A stretch of 62,551 nt of DNA, taken from assembly GCA_947501605.1 (NCBI GenBank), contig CANMWZ010000025.1, forward strand, positions 1 through 62,551, given 5' to 3'. Below are positions 49,597-62,551 of the stretch, piece after piece (position 1 is the first letter of the stretch; every line of letters starts with the position of its first letter). Source of the DNA: Planctomycetota bacterium (lineage in GTDB: Bacteria; Planctomycetota; UBA1135; UBA2386). A program made the translations under genes and the position numbers. The notes under the pieces are model-generated. The model was not told the DNA's origin. It made no database searches and worked only from the letters and a program-made list of their open reading frames with translations.

Positions 49597-51252
49597 TCAG
49601 CGGACCGGGGTCTGCAGCGTCTTGAGGTCGAGCACCGAGTAGTCGTAGACCTCGTGAGTGACGACTGGCGGCGTATCGAAGTTCTCGAGCGGCGGTGGAG
49701 TGGGCGACAGCCAGTCGAGGGTGACGCCACCCCATTGGTTCTGCATTGCCTTCTTGCCGGCGAGGAGCGAGTGCACCAGGTAACCGACCATCAACGCTAC
49801 GCCCGAGCCCAGCACAATGGCGCCGAGCGTCGATGCCTTGTGGTACATCTCAAAGTCCTCGACGTAGGTGGCATAGCGACGCGGCATACCGCGGCTGCCC
49901 ATGATGAACTGCGGAATGAAGGTCGCATTGAAGCCGACGAAGATGATGCCGCACGCGAGCTTGGCGAGTCCTTCGTTGTACATCAAACCGAACATCTTCG
50001 GCCACCAGTGATGAAGCCCGGCGAAGAACGCGAGGGCAATCGAACCCATCATCACGTAGTGGAAGTGCGCGACGACGAAGTAGGTGTCGTGCAAGTGGAT
50101 GTCGACGTTCAACGCGCCGAGGATCACGCCCGTCAGTCCTCCGATCGCGAAGATGATCAGGAAGGAGAGCGTGTAGAGCATCGGCGCATTCATCGCGATC
50201 GAGCCCTTCCAGATTGTCGCGACCCAGCTGAACTCTTTGATGGCCGTCGGGATTGCCACGAAGAAGGTCAAGAACGAGAACGCGAACATCGCGTATGTCG
50301 ATTGACCACTGGTGAACATGTGATGGCCCCACACGAGGAAGCTGATCACAGCGATGGCTAGTGAGCTGAACGCGATGAGCTTGTAGCCGAATAGCGGCTT
50401 ACGGCTGTGAACTGTCACCAACTCACTGACGATGCCGAAGGCCGGCAACACCATGATGTAGACCGCCGGATGGCTGTAGAACCAGAAGAAGTGCTCGAAC
50501 AGCACCGGGTCGCCGCCCAAGCGCGGATCGAAGATGCCGATGTTGTAGATGCGCTCCAACGCCACGAGCAGCACCGTGATGCCGAGAACCGGCGTCGCCA
50601 GCACCTGGAGGATGGCTGTGGCGTAGATGGCCCACACGAACAGCGGCATGCGGAACCAGGTGAGACCCGGTGCGCGCATTTTGTGCGTCGTGACGATGAA
50701 GTTGAGGCCCGTGAAGATCGAACTGAACCCGAGGATGAAGATCCCGAGCCCGATCGAGACGACAGCTTGGTTCGTGTAGAGGCTGTATGGCGCGTAGAAC
50801 GTCCAACCCGTGTCAAAGCCACCGGCGAGGATCGCATAGAGGGCGAAGCAGGTGCCTGTCAACCACAGGTAGAAGCTCAGCAGGTTGAGCCGTGGCAGTG
50901 CCACATCTTTGGCGCCGAGCATCAGGGGCAACACGATGTTTCCTAGCGAGCCCGGGATTGCCGGGATCACGAAGATGAACACCATGAACACGCCATGCAG
51001 GGTGAAGATCTGGTTGTAGGTCGCGTTGGTGAACAGCGCGCCGTGCGGCTCCCAGAGGTGCAGACGCACAAGCAAGGCGAAGACGCCGCCCGCGAGGAAC
51101 GCTGCGGTCACCCCGATCAGGTACATGAGCCCGATGCGCTTGTGGTCGAGGGTGAGAGCCCAGGACTTGAAGCCCTTCGTGACGTTCAGGTAGTTCGGCT
51201 TGCTACCGTGCTCGCTGGTGTGGATGTCGAGTGCTGGGACGTGGGTCGTCAT
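49597..51252 (-). CDS. ctaD: Cytochrome c oxidase subunit I (A2-type heme-copper oxidase)
   Basis: [33 protein letters not shown] (YS motif), [28 protein letters not shown]. Confidence 0.96.
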   Translation of the reverse strand: MTTHVPALDIHTSEHGSKPNYLNVTKGFKSWALTLDHKRIGLMYLIGVTAAFLAGGVFALLVRLHLWEPHGALFTNATYNQIFTLHGVFMVFIFVIPAIPGSLGNIVLPLMLGAKDVALPRLNLLSFYLWLTGTCFALYAILAGGFDTGWTFYAPYSLYTNQAVVSIGLGIFILGFSSIFTGLNFIVTTHKMRAPGLTWFRMPLFVWAIYATAILQVLATPVLGITVLLVALERIYNIGIFDPRLGGDPVLFEHFFWFYSHPAVYIMVLPAFGIVSELVTVHSRKPLFGYKLIAFSSLAIAVISFLVWGHHMFTSGQSTYAMFAFSFLTFFVAIPTAIKEFSWVATIWKGSIAMNAPMLYTLSFLIIFAIGGLTGVILGALNVDIHLHDTYFVVAHFHYVMMGSIALAFFAGLHHWWPKMFGLMYNEGLAKLACGIIFVGFNATFIPQFIMGSRGMPRRYATYVEDFEMYHKASTLGAIVLGSGVALMVGYLVHSLLAGKKAMQNQWGGVTLDWLSPTPPPLENFDTPPVVTHEVYDYSVLDLKTLQTPVR

Positions 51253-51262
51253 GGCTTGGCTC

Positions 51263-52318
51263 TCAGTTGTCCGCGAGCGTCTTCATGTAAGCGATAAGGC
51301 AGTTCACACGGCGATCATCGAGATCCGCGAATGCCGACATGTTGTTGTTGCGGTAGGGCAGCTCCGCAACCTTCTTCTCATTGGGCTTGCGAATCGACTC
51401 GGTGATATAGGCCTCGTCGACCGTAATCGTCTGAGTTCCGCCATCGGGCGTGACCACTTCTCGCTGGCGCCCGAGGTAGTTGTCGCCCTGCTTGCTGAAC
51501 AGACCTTTCCAAGTCGGTCCTGTGCCGGCGGTGCCATTCACGCTGTGACAGCTGATACAGAGTTGCTTGTAGAGGTTCTCGCCGCTAGCGGCGGCCTCTT
51601 GGGGGGTGCTGTCCTTCAACACGTCCCAGGGCTTCTTCGCGTAGTCTTCGGCGGAGACGACGTGCAGCTTTGCGTACATCTTGCTGTGGTCGCCGCCGCA
51701 GTACTCTGCACAGAAGAGGTGGTACTCACCCTTCGTCGTTGGATGGAACCACAGGGTGCCTTGGCGACCCGGGACGATGTCGCGCTTGACGCGCATGGCC
51801 GGGAGAAAGAACGCGTGCAGCACGTCGGTCGACTGCAACGTGAAGGCAGCAGGCTTGTCGATCTCGACCCAGAACTCGTTGAAGCTCTGCACCTTGCTGT
51901 TCGGGTAGTAGAAGGTCCAACTCCACTGCTTGGCAACGGCCTTGTATTGAACGGCGTCGGCTGGTGCGACCGTCATGTCGAGGGAGCCTTTCCAGCCCCA
52001 GGCGAACATGACCATGACGATGATCAGTGGGATGATCGTCCAGATGACTTCGAGCGGCGTGTTGTGTGTCACATTGGACACGGCCGGCTGGTCCCACGTC
52101 TTGCGCCTGTATTTCGCGACGGAGTAGGCGAGAACGCCCGCGATCAACACGAAGAAGAAGATGCAGACGATGTAGGTGAAATAGAAGAGCCCGTCGACGT
52201 GGTCGAAAGTCGACGCCAACGGCACCAGCTGGCCCCAGTGATCGGACAGTGCGTCGATCTTGGCGGGGCTCTCGATGTAGTTGATCTTCGGCGGATCCTG
52301 GATCAGGTGGGAGATCAC
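51263..52318 (-). CDS. ctaC: Cytochrome c oxidase subunit II with fused cytochrome c
   Basis: [37 protein letters not shown] (CuA), CISCH heme c motif. Confidence 0.95.
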   Translation of the reverse strand: MISHLIQDPPKINYIESPAKIDALSDHWGQLVPLASTFDHVDGLFYFTYIVCIFFFVLIAGVLAYSVAKYRRKTWDQPAVSNVTHNTPLEVIWTIIPLIIVMVMFAWGWKGSLDMTVAPADAVQYKAVAKQWSWTFYYPNSKVQSFNEFWVEIDKPAAFTLQSTDVLHAFFLPAMRVKRDIVPGRQGTLWFHPTTKGEYHLFCAEYCGGDHSKMYAKLHVVSAEDYAKKPWDVLKDSTPQEAAASGENLYKQLCISCHSVNGTAGTGPTWKGLFSKQGDNYLGRQREVVTPDGGTQTITVDEAYITESIRKPNEKKVAELPYRNNNMSAFADLDDRRVNCLIAYMKTLADN

Positions 52319-52433
52319 GGGCGCACTTCCTTCAACGTGGTCCTGTCGAGGACCGCGCAGCCTGTTGCTTGCGTAAGGTTGCGCCGCACCGTCGGAGACG
52401 GTGCGGCGACGGACAATTGCTCAGTGGAGAGGT

Positions 52434-53336
52434 TCATGACGCGGACGCGGCCTGGGGGTCGCGAACGGGTGTTGAGTTGCTGGTGTTTCGACGTTCGCGA
52501 CTGACCATGACGGCGATCATCGTGACGATGACGATCAACGTGATCACGCCGCCGACACGCATGACGGTCATTCCCATCAGCGCATAAGAACTGGTGCGCG
52601 GGTCAAAGGTCAGACAGTTGATCTGGACGTCGTCCCAGAACGTGCCGAGCTTCCCTTCGCTCGATTCGACGATCGCGAGGCGCACGTCGGTCGAATCGAA
52701 CGTTGTGCCGATGAGTGCGCGACTGATGACGCCCTTTGGTGTCAGGAACAACAACGCGCCTGGATGCGCGTAGCGGTTGTCGTGCTCAGCCCAGAAGTAG
52801 CGGAATCCGATGCTCTGCGTGAGTTTCTGGATCTCGCTCTCGGTTCCGGTCAGGAAACGCCAGCCCTCAGGCCCACCTACGCGGTGGAGTCGCGAGAGGA
52901 ACTTGGTCTTGCGCTCGTTGGCGACCTCGTGTGTCTCCCGCGGGTCGATGCTCACGTTGACGATCAGGTAGTCCTTGCCCGGCACGAGATCGACGGCGTT
53001 GAGAGCCGCCAACATCCCTTCGATGACCTGACCACACATGTCGGGGCATGCGTAGTAGCCAGGAACCAACACGACTGGGCGATCGCCTGGGAACACCTGG
53101 CGGAAAGTGAACGGATAGCCACGCTCATCGACGAACGAGAGGTTCTGGTCGAGCGTCACGCCGATCTTGTCCATCATCGAGGCAGCTTCCTGCTTGACCT
53201 CGATAGCCGACCCTGGATGGCCTTGTGCACCTGCAAAAGAACTGATGCCCAATGCACTGATGCATAGCAAAGCGAGCTTGGCTGCGCCGGTGCGAGTGGC
53301 AAGCGACAGGGCAGGGATCGACGGGATGGAGATCAC
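52434..53336 (-). CDS. SCO1/SenC family copper chaperone
   Basis: YYACPDMC (CxxxC), VSIDPRET, WRFLTG, YAHP, C-terminal TM. Sits before coxII. Confidence 0.85.
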   Translation of the reverse strand: MISIPSIPALSLATRTGAAKLALLCISALGISSFAGAQGHPGSAIEVKQEAASMMDKIGVTLDQNLSFVDERGYPFTFRQVFPGDRPVVLVPGYYACPDMCGQVIEGMLAALNAVDLVPGKDYLIVNVSIDPRETHEVANERKTKFLSRLHRVGGPEGWRFLTGTESEIQKLTQSIGFRYFWAEHDNRYAHPGALLFLTPKGVISRALIGTTFDSTDVRLAIVESSEGKLGTFWDDVQINCLTFDPRTSSYALMGMTVMRVGGVITLIVIVTMIAVMVSRERRNTSNSTPVRDPQAASAS

Positions 53337-53653
53337 TTGCCCGCCATCTCCTTCATGACCTGCTCGATCGACTTCTTGCTCTTCGACAGTTCACCACGGA
53401 GGAATGCACCCTCGCTCTTGTGGGACGCGTCGAGTTCCAGGTTGCTGCGGTTGTTGATCTTGCGGTCGCGCTCCATGGTCATGACCGAGTCGAACATCGG
53501 CAACAGTAGATAGAGCGAGATGTACAGGACTACTGACGAGCCAAGGATCCAGTAGGCAGTCGACTTCGCGTCGATCTCGTTCTCCGGGTCGAGCGGGATT
53601 GGCTCGTGCGTTGCACCTGGCAGATGCTCGTGCGATTGGTGACCCTGGCTCAT
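53333..53653 (-). CDS. Small single-TM protein, probable ACIII accessory subunit (ActG-like position)
   Basis: 106 aa with one TM, between actF and SCO. Assignment is from synteny only. Confidence 0.5.
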   Translation of the reverse strand: MSQGHQSHEHLPGATHEPIPLDPENEIDAKSTAYWILGSSVVLYISLYLLLPMFDSVMTMERDRKINNRSNLELDASHKSEGAFLRGELSKSKKSIEQVMKEMAGK

Positions 53654-53672
53654 CGTCGTAGTCCTCAGCGGT

Positions 53673-55010
53673 TCAGATGTTCTGGAAGCTCAGTGTCTCC
53701 GCCAAACGCGGGTCTCTGAGCGGGACGAGGTTGTGCTTGCGCACGAACATCAAGGTGATGCCGGCGACCAGGCACAGCATGCCGATGTAGCAGAGCCCGT
53801 CGTGTAGGTTGATGTTGTGCAGCCAGAGGTCGAGATCGTGGCCGAATGATGGGTGGCCTGCTGCACTCAGGGTCGCAGGATCGACGACGTGCGCCGCATG
53901 TTCGGTACCGTGTCCGCCGTGGTAGTTCGGCAACACCAAGTACTGCATGTCGATCCAGTGGATGACGAGCAAGAAGGCTGCACCCAGGCTGAGGGTGATG
54001 GCGTTGCGCTTGATGTGGCGGGACATCAACAGGACGAAGGGTACCAGGAAGTGGCCGAATACGAGGATCGTACCGACCGAGCTCCAACCACCTTCTTTGC
54101 GGTGCGCGAACCACGTGGTCTCTTCCGGCAGGTTCGCGTACCAGATCAGCATGTACTGACTGAAGTTCGTGTAGGTCCAGAAGACCATGAACGCGAACAT
54201 CAGCTTGCCGATGTCGTGGAAGTGCTCGGTGGTGATCACTTCACGGAGGTAGCCCTGCCTCGTGATCCACCTCGCCAGTAGCGCTACGAAGGCGAGGAAC
54301 GACATAAAGCCGCCAGCGAAGTAGCAGATGCCGAACATCGTGCTGAACCAATGCGGGTCCAGCGACATGATCCAATCGAAGGCAGCGAACGTGGTCGACA
54401 GCGCAAACAGGAGCAGACCAGGTGCGGCGATGCGCGACATCCGGAGGCTCAAGGCTGGATCACCAGTCTCGTCCTGCTTGAGGGATGTGCGACGGAAGAA
54501 CATCGACAGGCCGATCCAGATCGCGAAGTAGAGGCCCGCACGGACGAAGAAGAACTGCTTGTTCAGGTAGCTCGATTTGCCGGCAATGATCGCGTCGTAG
54601 TTCGGCTGACCGGCGACGATCTCAGCGTTGGCCCAGTGGCCGTAGAGGTGATCGAACCCACCAATCGCGATCGGCAGGTAGAGCAAGGCCATCACCGGGA
54701 TGGCTGCAGTCACGTGCTCGGCGATGCGGCGTACGCCGACGCTCCATCCGGCGCGCGTGATGTGCTGCACCATCGTGAAGAACAATGCGCCAAGCGTGAT
54801 GCCTAGCACGCCCATGTAGCCGGTCAGGTAGCTGAAGTAGAAGCGTGCCGGGTCGTGCGACGTCATGCCGAGGCCGAGGCTCACGGCAAGCAGGATCGCA
54901 CCGACGCCGAGCAGCGCCATCTGGCTGGTTCGCAGGTCACCGTCTTTGACGCGGATGACGACGTGTGGGGCCACCATCTGGATGGGCGGCACAGTCATGG
55001 TCGCGGTCAT
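53673..55010 (-). CDS. actF: Alternative complex III subunit F (quinol:cytochrome c oxidoreductase membrane subunit)
   Basis: AGWSVGVRRIAE, KSSYLN..FF..R, DWIMSLDPHWFSTMFG, HFHDIGKLMFAF..FWTY.NFSQYMLIWYANLPEE. Confidence 0.9.
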   Translation of the reverse strand: MTATMTVPPIQMVAPHVVIRVKDGDLRTSQMALLGVGAILLAVSLGLGMTSHDPARFYFSYLTGYMGVLGITLGALFFTMVQHITRAGWSVGVRRIAEHVTAAIPVMALLYLPIAIGGFDHLYGHWANAEIVAGQPNYDAIIAGKSSYLNKQFFFVRAGLYFAIWIGLSMFFRRTSLKQDETGDPALSLRMSRIAAPGLLLFALSTTFAAFDWIMSLDPHWFSTMFGICYFAGGFMSFLAFVALLARWITRQGYLREVITTEHFHDIGKLMFAFMVFWTYTNFSQYMLIWYANLPEETTWFAHRKEGGWSSVGTILVFGHFLVPFVLLMSRHIKRNAITLSLGAAFLLVIHWIDMQYLVLPNYHGGHGTEHAAHVVDPATLSAAGHPSFGHDLDLWLHNINLHDGLCYIGMLCLVAGITLMFVRKHNLVPLRDPRLAETLSFQNI

Positions 55011-55013
55011 GGC

Positions 55014-55631
55014 TTACTGTTTCCCGAGGTTCTGCAGGGCGCGGATGTAGTGAACGATCGCCCAGCGGTCCGCGACGCTGATGCGAGCTGCATAGGACGG
55101 CATCGTGTTGCGGCCGACAGGGCTCGAGAGAACCTCGAAGTACTCACCGTCAGTGAGATTGGCGACGCGGTTGTCTTTGCCCTCAGCGGCATGGAAGTTT
55201 GGCACTGCAACCGGCCAGCGCCGACCGACGAGACCGTGACCTTCCGGACCGTTACCGCCGCGGCCGGATAGGCCATGGCAGATCGAGCAATAGATGTCGA
55301 AGCGTTCGCGTCCGCGCTCGAGCGTCTCTGCGTTCAGCGACAACGGGTTCCTGCTGATCCATGAGCCGTCCGGGTTCCTGCCGGCGCTCTTCGGATCGGG
55401 CATGAGAATGGGATCTGGCAGCGAGCCGCGAGCGACGGTGCCCTCGGCGGGCAGGCGCATGCTGCGGCGGTCGGTCCAGTTCTCGAACGAGCTCTCGGAC
55501 TGCGATTTCAGCTTGGGCTGGAAGTCCATGTCGAGCACCAGATGCACGGGTGGCGACGTCGAGGTTCCGCCGCGGCAGGCGCCGAGGGCGAGAGCGACGA
55601 GCAGGAGCGTGAACTTGGGCATGAGGCTCAT
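55014..55631 (-). CDS. actE: Alternative complex III subunit E (monoheme cytochrome c lipoprotein)
   Basis: Lipobox LGAC, DMDFQPK, RLPAEGTVARG, CSICH, MPSYA..I...DRWAIVHYIRALQ. Confidence 0.9.
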   Translation of the reverse strand: MSLMPKFTLLLVALALGACRGGTSTSPPVHLVLDMDFQPKLKSQSESSFENWTDRRSMRLPAEGTVARGSLPDPILMPDPKSAGRNPDGSWISRNPLSLNAETLERGRERFDIYCSICHGLSGRGGNGPEGHGLVGRRWPVAVPNFHAAEGKDNRVANLTDGEYFEVLSSPVGRNTMPSYAARISVADRWAIVHYIRALQNLGKQ

Positions 55632-56161
55632 TCCTCCTCCAGCAACTCGACGTGCTTGCCACCGATGCTCTCGAGCATCTTGGCAGTCGCTGCGCGGTCG
55701 AACTTCGGGTCAGTGCTGTCGATCGACAGGAAGAAGCGGTCGTCAGTGACGCGATGGAATTGGGTGTGAGTGAAGATCGGGTGGTGGAAGCGCGGCAGCT
55801 TGTTGATGCCGAACATGCCGAACACCGCTCCGAACGCGGAAAGAAGCACCATCAACTCAAAGGTCACCGGGATGGTGGATGGCCACGCATATGGCTGCTT
55901 GCCGGAGACCCACATGGGGTAATCGACAGCGTTCATCCACCACATCATCAATTGAGCAAGACAGATGCCTGTCGCGCCGCAGCAGATGACGAGCCAACCG
56001 AGATGGCTTGGACCTTGACGAAGTGCCTTGTCGAGCCCGTGGACCGGGAATGGCGTGTGTGCGTCTACCTTGGTGTAGCCCTGAGCCGTGACTCTCTCCG
56101 CCGCGTGATAGATCGCGCTGGCGGAGTCGAATTCGGCGACGATGCCCCAGTGATTGGCCAT
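55628..56161 (-). CDS. actD: Alternative complex III subunit D (DUF3341)
   Basis: DAHTPFPVHGLD, DYPMWVSGK, IPVTFELMVLLSA, LPRFHHPIF, TDDRFFL. Confidence 0.9.
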   Translation of the reverse strand: MANHWGIVAEFDSASAIYHAAERVTAQGYTKVDAHTPFPVHGLDKALRQGPSHLGWLVICCGATGICLAQLMMWWMNAVDYPMWVSGKQPYAWPSTIPVTFELMVLLSAFGAVFGMFGINKLPRFHHPIFTHTQFHRVTDDRFFLSIDSTDPKFDRAATAKMLESIGGKHVELLEEE

Positions 56162-56178
56162 GGTTTGGTCCTCTGTCC

Positions 56179-57612
56179 TCAGTGGGTATGGGCCGCGGTG
56201 TGACCGTGACCATGGTCGTCGTGACCGTGATGCGGGTTCGCCTGCGGCATCACGCCCTTCACCTCGCTGATCGCGATGATTGGCATGAACCGGCAGAACA
56301 GCAGGAAGAACGTGAAGAACAGGCCGAAGCTGCCGGCGTAGGTAAGGATGTCGATGATGGTGGGGCTGAAGTAACCCCAGCTCGACGGCAAGAAGTCACG
56401 GTTGAGTGACGACACCGTGATCACGAAGCGCTCGAACCACATGCCGATGTTGACGAAGATCGACACCACGAACAGGAACATCGGGTTACGGCGCAAACTG
56501 CGGAACCAGAAGAACTGGGGACTGATCACGTTGCACGAGACCATGATCCAGTAGGCCCACCAGTAGGGACCGAACGCGCGATTGGTGAAGCAGAACTTCT
56601 CGTATTCCGACCCGCTGTACCACGCGATGAAGAACTCCATCCCGTACGCGTAGCCAACCATCGTGCCCGTCAGCAGGAGGATCTTGGCGATGTTGTCGAG
56701 GTGGTTCAGCGTGACCAACTCCTGCAAGCCCAGCCATTGACGCGCCGGAATCATCAGCGTCAGCACCATGCCGAAGCCGGAGAAGATGGCGCCCGCAACG
56801 AAGTACGGCGGGAAGATGGTCGTGTGCCAGCCGGGGACGATCGAGACAGCGAAGTCAAACGAGACGATCGAGTGAACCGAGAGCACGAGCGGAGTGCTCA
56901 GTGCTGCGAGGATCAGGTAGGCCTTCTCGTAGTGGATCCAGTGGCGGTTGCTGCCGTGCCAGCCGAGCGAGAACGCGCCATAGACCCTCGCCGCCACCGT
57001 GCGGCCGGCCTTGGCGGCTCGGTCGCGGAATGTCGCCAGATCCGGTACGAGCCCGACGAACCAGAACAGCAGAGATACCGTGAAGTACGTGCTGACGGCG
57101 AAGACGTCCCAGAGCAGAGGGCTCTTGAAGTTCGGCCAGAGTGCCATCTGGTTCGGCAGCGGGAAGACCCACCAAATGACCCAGATGCGACCGACGTGGA
57201 TGGCCGGGAAGATACCGGCCGCCATGACGGCGAAAATCGTCATGGCCTCGGACGCGCGGTTGATGGACGTGCGCCACTTCTGTCGGAACAAGAAGAGGAT
57301 CGCACTGATCAAGGTGCCGGCGTGGCCGATACCGATCCAGAAAACGAAGTTGACGATCGGCCAACCCCAGCCGACGGGTGAGTTGTTACCCCACACGCCG
57401 ATGCCGGTGAAGATCAGATAGCCGATCATTGCGCCGAGATTCAGCAGCAGTGCGATGGCGGCGCCGAACATCAGGTACCAACCCTTCGGCGTCTTGTTCT
57501 CGACTACGCGAGCGACGATGTTGGTGACCGACGTGAAGTCGTTGGTGCCTTCGACCAGAGGCGCACGGCGCAGCGGGTTTTCCGGCTCGTCGATTACGGT
57601 GATTGCGGTCAT
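56179..57612 (-). CDS. actC: Alternative complex III subunit C (NrfD/polysulfide reductase family)
   Basis: [94 protein letters not shown]. Confidence 0.95.
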   Translation of the reverse strand: MTAITVIDEPENPLRRAPLVEGTNDFTSVTNIVARVVENKTPKGWYLMFGAAIALLLNLGAMIGYLIFTGIGVWGNNSPVGWGWPIVNFVFWIGIGHAGTLISAILFLFRQKWRTSINRASEAMTIFAVMAAGIFPAIHVGRIWVIWWVFPLPNQMALWPNFKSPLLWDVFAVSTYFTVSLLFWFVGLVPDLATFRDRAAKAGRTVAARVYGAFSLGWHGSNRHWIHYEKAYLILAALSTPLVLSVHSIVSFDFAVSIVPGWHTTIFPPYFVAGAIFSGFGMVLTLMIPARQWLGLQELVTLNHLDNIAKILLLTGTMVGYAYGMEFFIAWYSGSEYEKFCFTNRAFGPYWWAYWIMVSCNVISPQFFWFRSLRRNPMFLFVVSIFVNIGMWFERFVITVSSLNRDFLPSSWGYFSPTIIDILTYAGSFGLFFTFFLLFCRFMPIIAISEVKGVMPQANPHHGHDDHGHGHTAAHTH

Positions 57613-57616
57613 CGGG

Positions 57617-60819
<3,203 letters not shown>

Positions 60820-60823
<4 letters not shown>

Positions 60824-61482
60824 CGGTGGCAAGCGGAGCAGTGGGTTGGAGGATTGAGTTCGCCGCGAGTCAAGCGCTCACGCGCTGCCGCGATACTGGC
60901 TTCGGTCGGGGTCCAGGCCATGTCGGTCGGCTTGACACCAGCAGGACGCACATGTGCTTCGGGCGCGCGGTGACACTCAAGGCACCAACCCATGCTCAGC
61001 GGCTCGACCTGACGCACGATCTCCATCTGGTCGACGCGGCCGTGGCAGCTCGTGCAACCAACGTTTGCGTTCATGTGCACAGCGTGGCTGAAGTAGGCGT
61101 AGTCCGGCAGCAGGTGGACCTTGATCCAAGGGATCGGGATGTTGTCCCCCGAGCCGTCGCCGTAGTTGTCGCGCAACAGGGTCAGTCGATCACTGTCGTT
61201 CTTGACCTGCTTGTGGCAGCCCATGCAGGTATCGGCATCTGGCACCGTCGCATGGGGTCCACTCTCGACCTCGCGATGGCAGTAGCGACAGTCCATGCCT
61301 AGCAGGCCCGCATGCAGCTTGTGGCTGTAGAGGATCGGCTGCTCAGGTTGGTAGCCGACATCGATGTGCTTCGGCGAGAACCAGAACCAGACGACGAAAA
61401 TGACGACCAAGCCCTTACACGCCGCACCGAGTGCAGCGAATACTGGGATCTTGTTGGTCCACTTCGGAAACAGGACGGTCAA
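60820..61482 (-). CDS. actA: Alternative complex III subunit A (pentaheme cytochrome c)
   Basis: Five CxxCH motifs (CRYCH, CMGCH, CTSCH, CLECH, CSACH), PEQPILYSHKLHAG, N-terminal TM. TTG start with GGAGGGG upstream. Confidence 0.93.
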
Positions 61483-61713
61483 GTTGGTTCCCCTCCGCGA
61501 TTGGGGGAAAATGCGGTCTTTGGCAAGCCGGCTCTGGCCGCACAGCTAAACCCTTGCGAACAAAGGTCTGTGGGAGATCAGTGCGGAGAGCAGGCGGACA
61601 GGGACGCGTCGGGAGGCGTTTTGGGCGCGAGGTCGTAAAAGATCAGTCGCCCCCGGTCAATTTCAGACTCGTAGATCAGAACGAAGAACATTCCACATCG
61701 GCGGCGAGCCGGG

Positions 61714-62550
61714 TCAGCGAGGCCAGTTTTGGCGGACGAACTCGGCGATGGCAGGGCGCACGAGACGCTGCGCGCTGGGGTTCGCATGCATGTCCGCTGG
61801 TGTGACCCAGTAGCTCGATGTGGGCTGGCCGCTTTTCAGGATCGGGAGTAGATCAAGAATCGGCAGTGACAGGTCCCGGCACTGGTCGCTGACCATCGCG
61901 TGCAGCTTTGTGAACGGGTAGTGATCGGACGGGCCAAGCTCCTGAAGAAACGGCCACAAAGTCACAAGAAGATAGGACTTGTGTTCGCGGCACCAGTCGG
62001 CCATGGCGGCCAACGAGCGCTGCGGCGAGCCTTGTGACCACATGCCATCGAACGGCTTGTCGGGACCGTAGACACCCATCGACTCCCCCACTTCGCGGGG
62101 CAGTCCGAGTGCCCCTGCGACCCAGTCGGCGGAAGGATCGAGGGCGAGCGGACTCGGCGAGGCGGCGGCGCGGAAGTAGTCGAGCAGCAGGTAGCCGGTC
62201 TGTTTTGGCTGCGCACCGAGCACGCAAAGACCATGGCTCGGGATCAGGTCGTTGAGGTAGATGCTGACGATCACCACGTCTGGCTGGAACTGACCGAACC
62301 GCGTTCGCAGCCCGAACTCATACTCGTCAACCGTCAGGGCACCGCTGGCGCCACAGTTGACCGTGCGAACGTCGCCGTGGGACGTGCGCAGATCCTCTTC
62401 GAGCTTCCGGACCCAACACTGCTCGACCGGGATCCCCCAGCCAAACGTGAATGAGTCGCCGATGCAGACGATCCGGCGCTCCCCTTCAGCCTTGTTGCCG
62501 GGTCGGATCTCGGCTCGTTCGCGCAAGCCGAACTCGTTGATCTGCACCTC
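61714..62550 (-). CDS. SGNH/GDSL hydrolase family protein (5'-truncated by window edge)
   Basis: INEFGLR, CIGDSFTFGWG (block I), NCGASG (II), YLND (III), DMHAN (V). Confidence 0.85.
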   Translation of the reverse strand, partial: EVQINEFGLRERAEIRPGNKAEGERRIVCIGDSFTFGWGIPVEQCWVRKLEEDLRTSHGDVRTVNCGASGALTVDEYEFGLRTRFGQFQPDVVIVSIYLNDLIPSHGLCVLGAQPKQTGYLLLDYFRAAASPSPLALDPSADWVAGALGLPREVGESMGVYGPDKPFDGMWSQGSPQRSLAAMADWCREHKSYLLVTLWPFLQELGPSDHYPFTKLHAMVSDQCRDLSLPILDLLPILKSGQPTSSYWVTPADMHANPSAQRLVRPAIAEFVRQNWPR

Positions 62551-62551
62551 G

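Overview
GC-rich bacterial chromosome segment from a diderm, LPS-making aerobe. Gene content and protein style suggest Planctomycetota/PVC (inference only). It looks like the replication-origin region. In order: scpA; a kdsD-kdsC-giant LptC/LptA-like-lptD operon; an accessory two-gene secreted-protein locus (1465-aa alpha/beta-hydrolase plus beta-propeller protein whose ATG and signal peptide are put out of frame by an 8-bp x4 tandem repeat, and a beta-helix protein with a low-GC core); DUF481 barrel, ettA, tatA/B-like; an MshEN-like protein, a fused MlaF-MlaE ABC transporter and a two-MCE plus trypsin-like protein; gyrB-dciA-dnaN-(candidate oriC)-dnaA; cysteine desulfurase and complete bacillithiol genes (bshA, bshB1, bshC) interrupted by parA and a degenerate kinase-like gene; pyrF; three-gene transhydrogenase; a six-gene sugar-modification cluster with a broken first gene; a SWIM/SNF2 pair; a full alternative complex III plus caa3 (A2-type) oxidase operon; and a partial SGNH hydrolase. 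No rRNA, tRNA, CRISPR, transposase or integrase was recognised. The best novelty candidates are the repeat-controlled secreted hydrolase locus, the single-chain LptC/LptA-like bridge, and the hybrid MCE transporter. All calls are by eye from motifs and synteny; no database searches were run.
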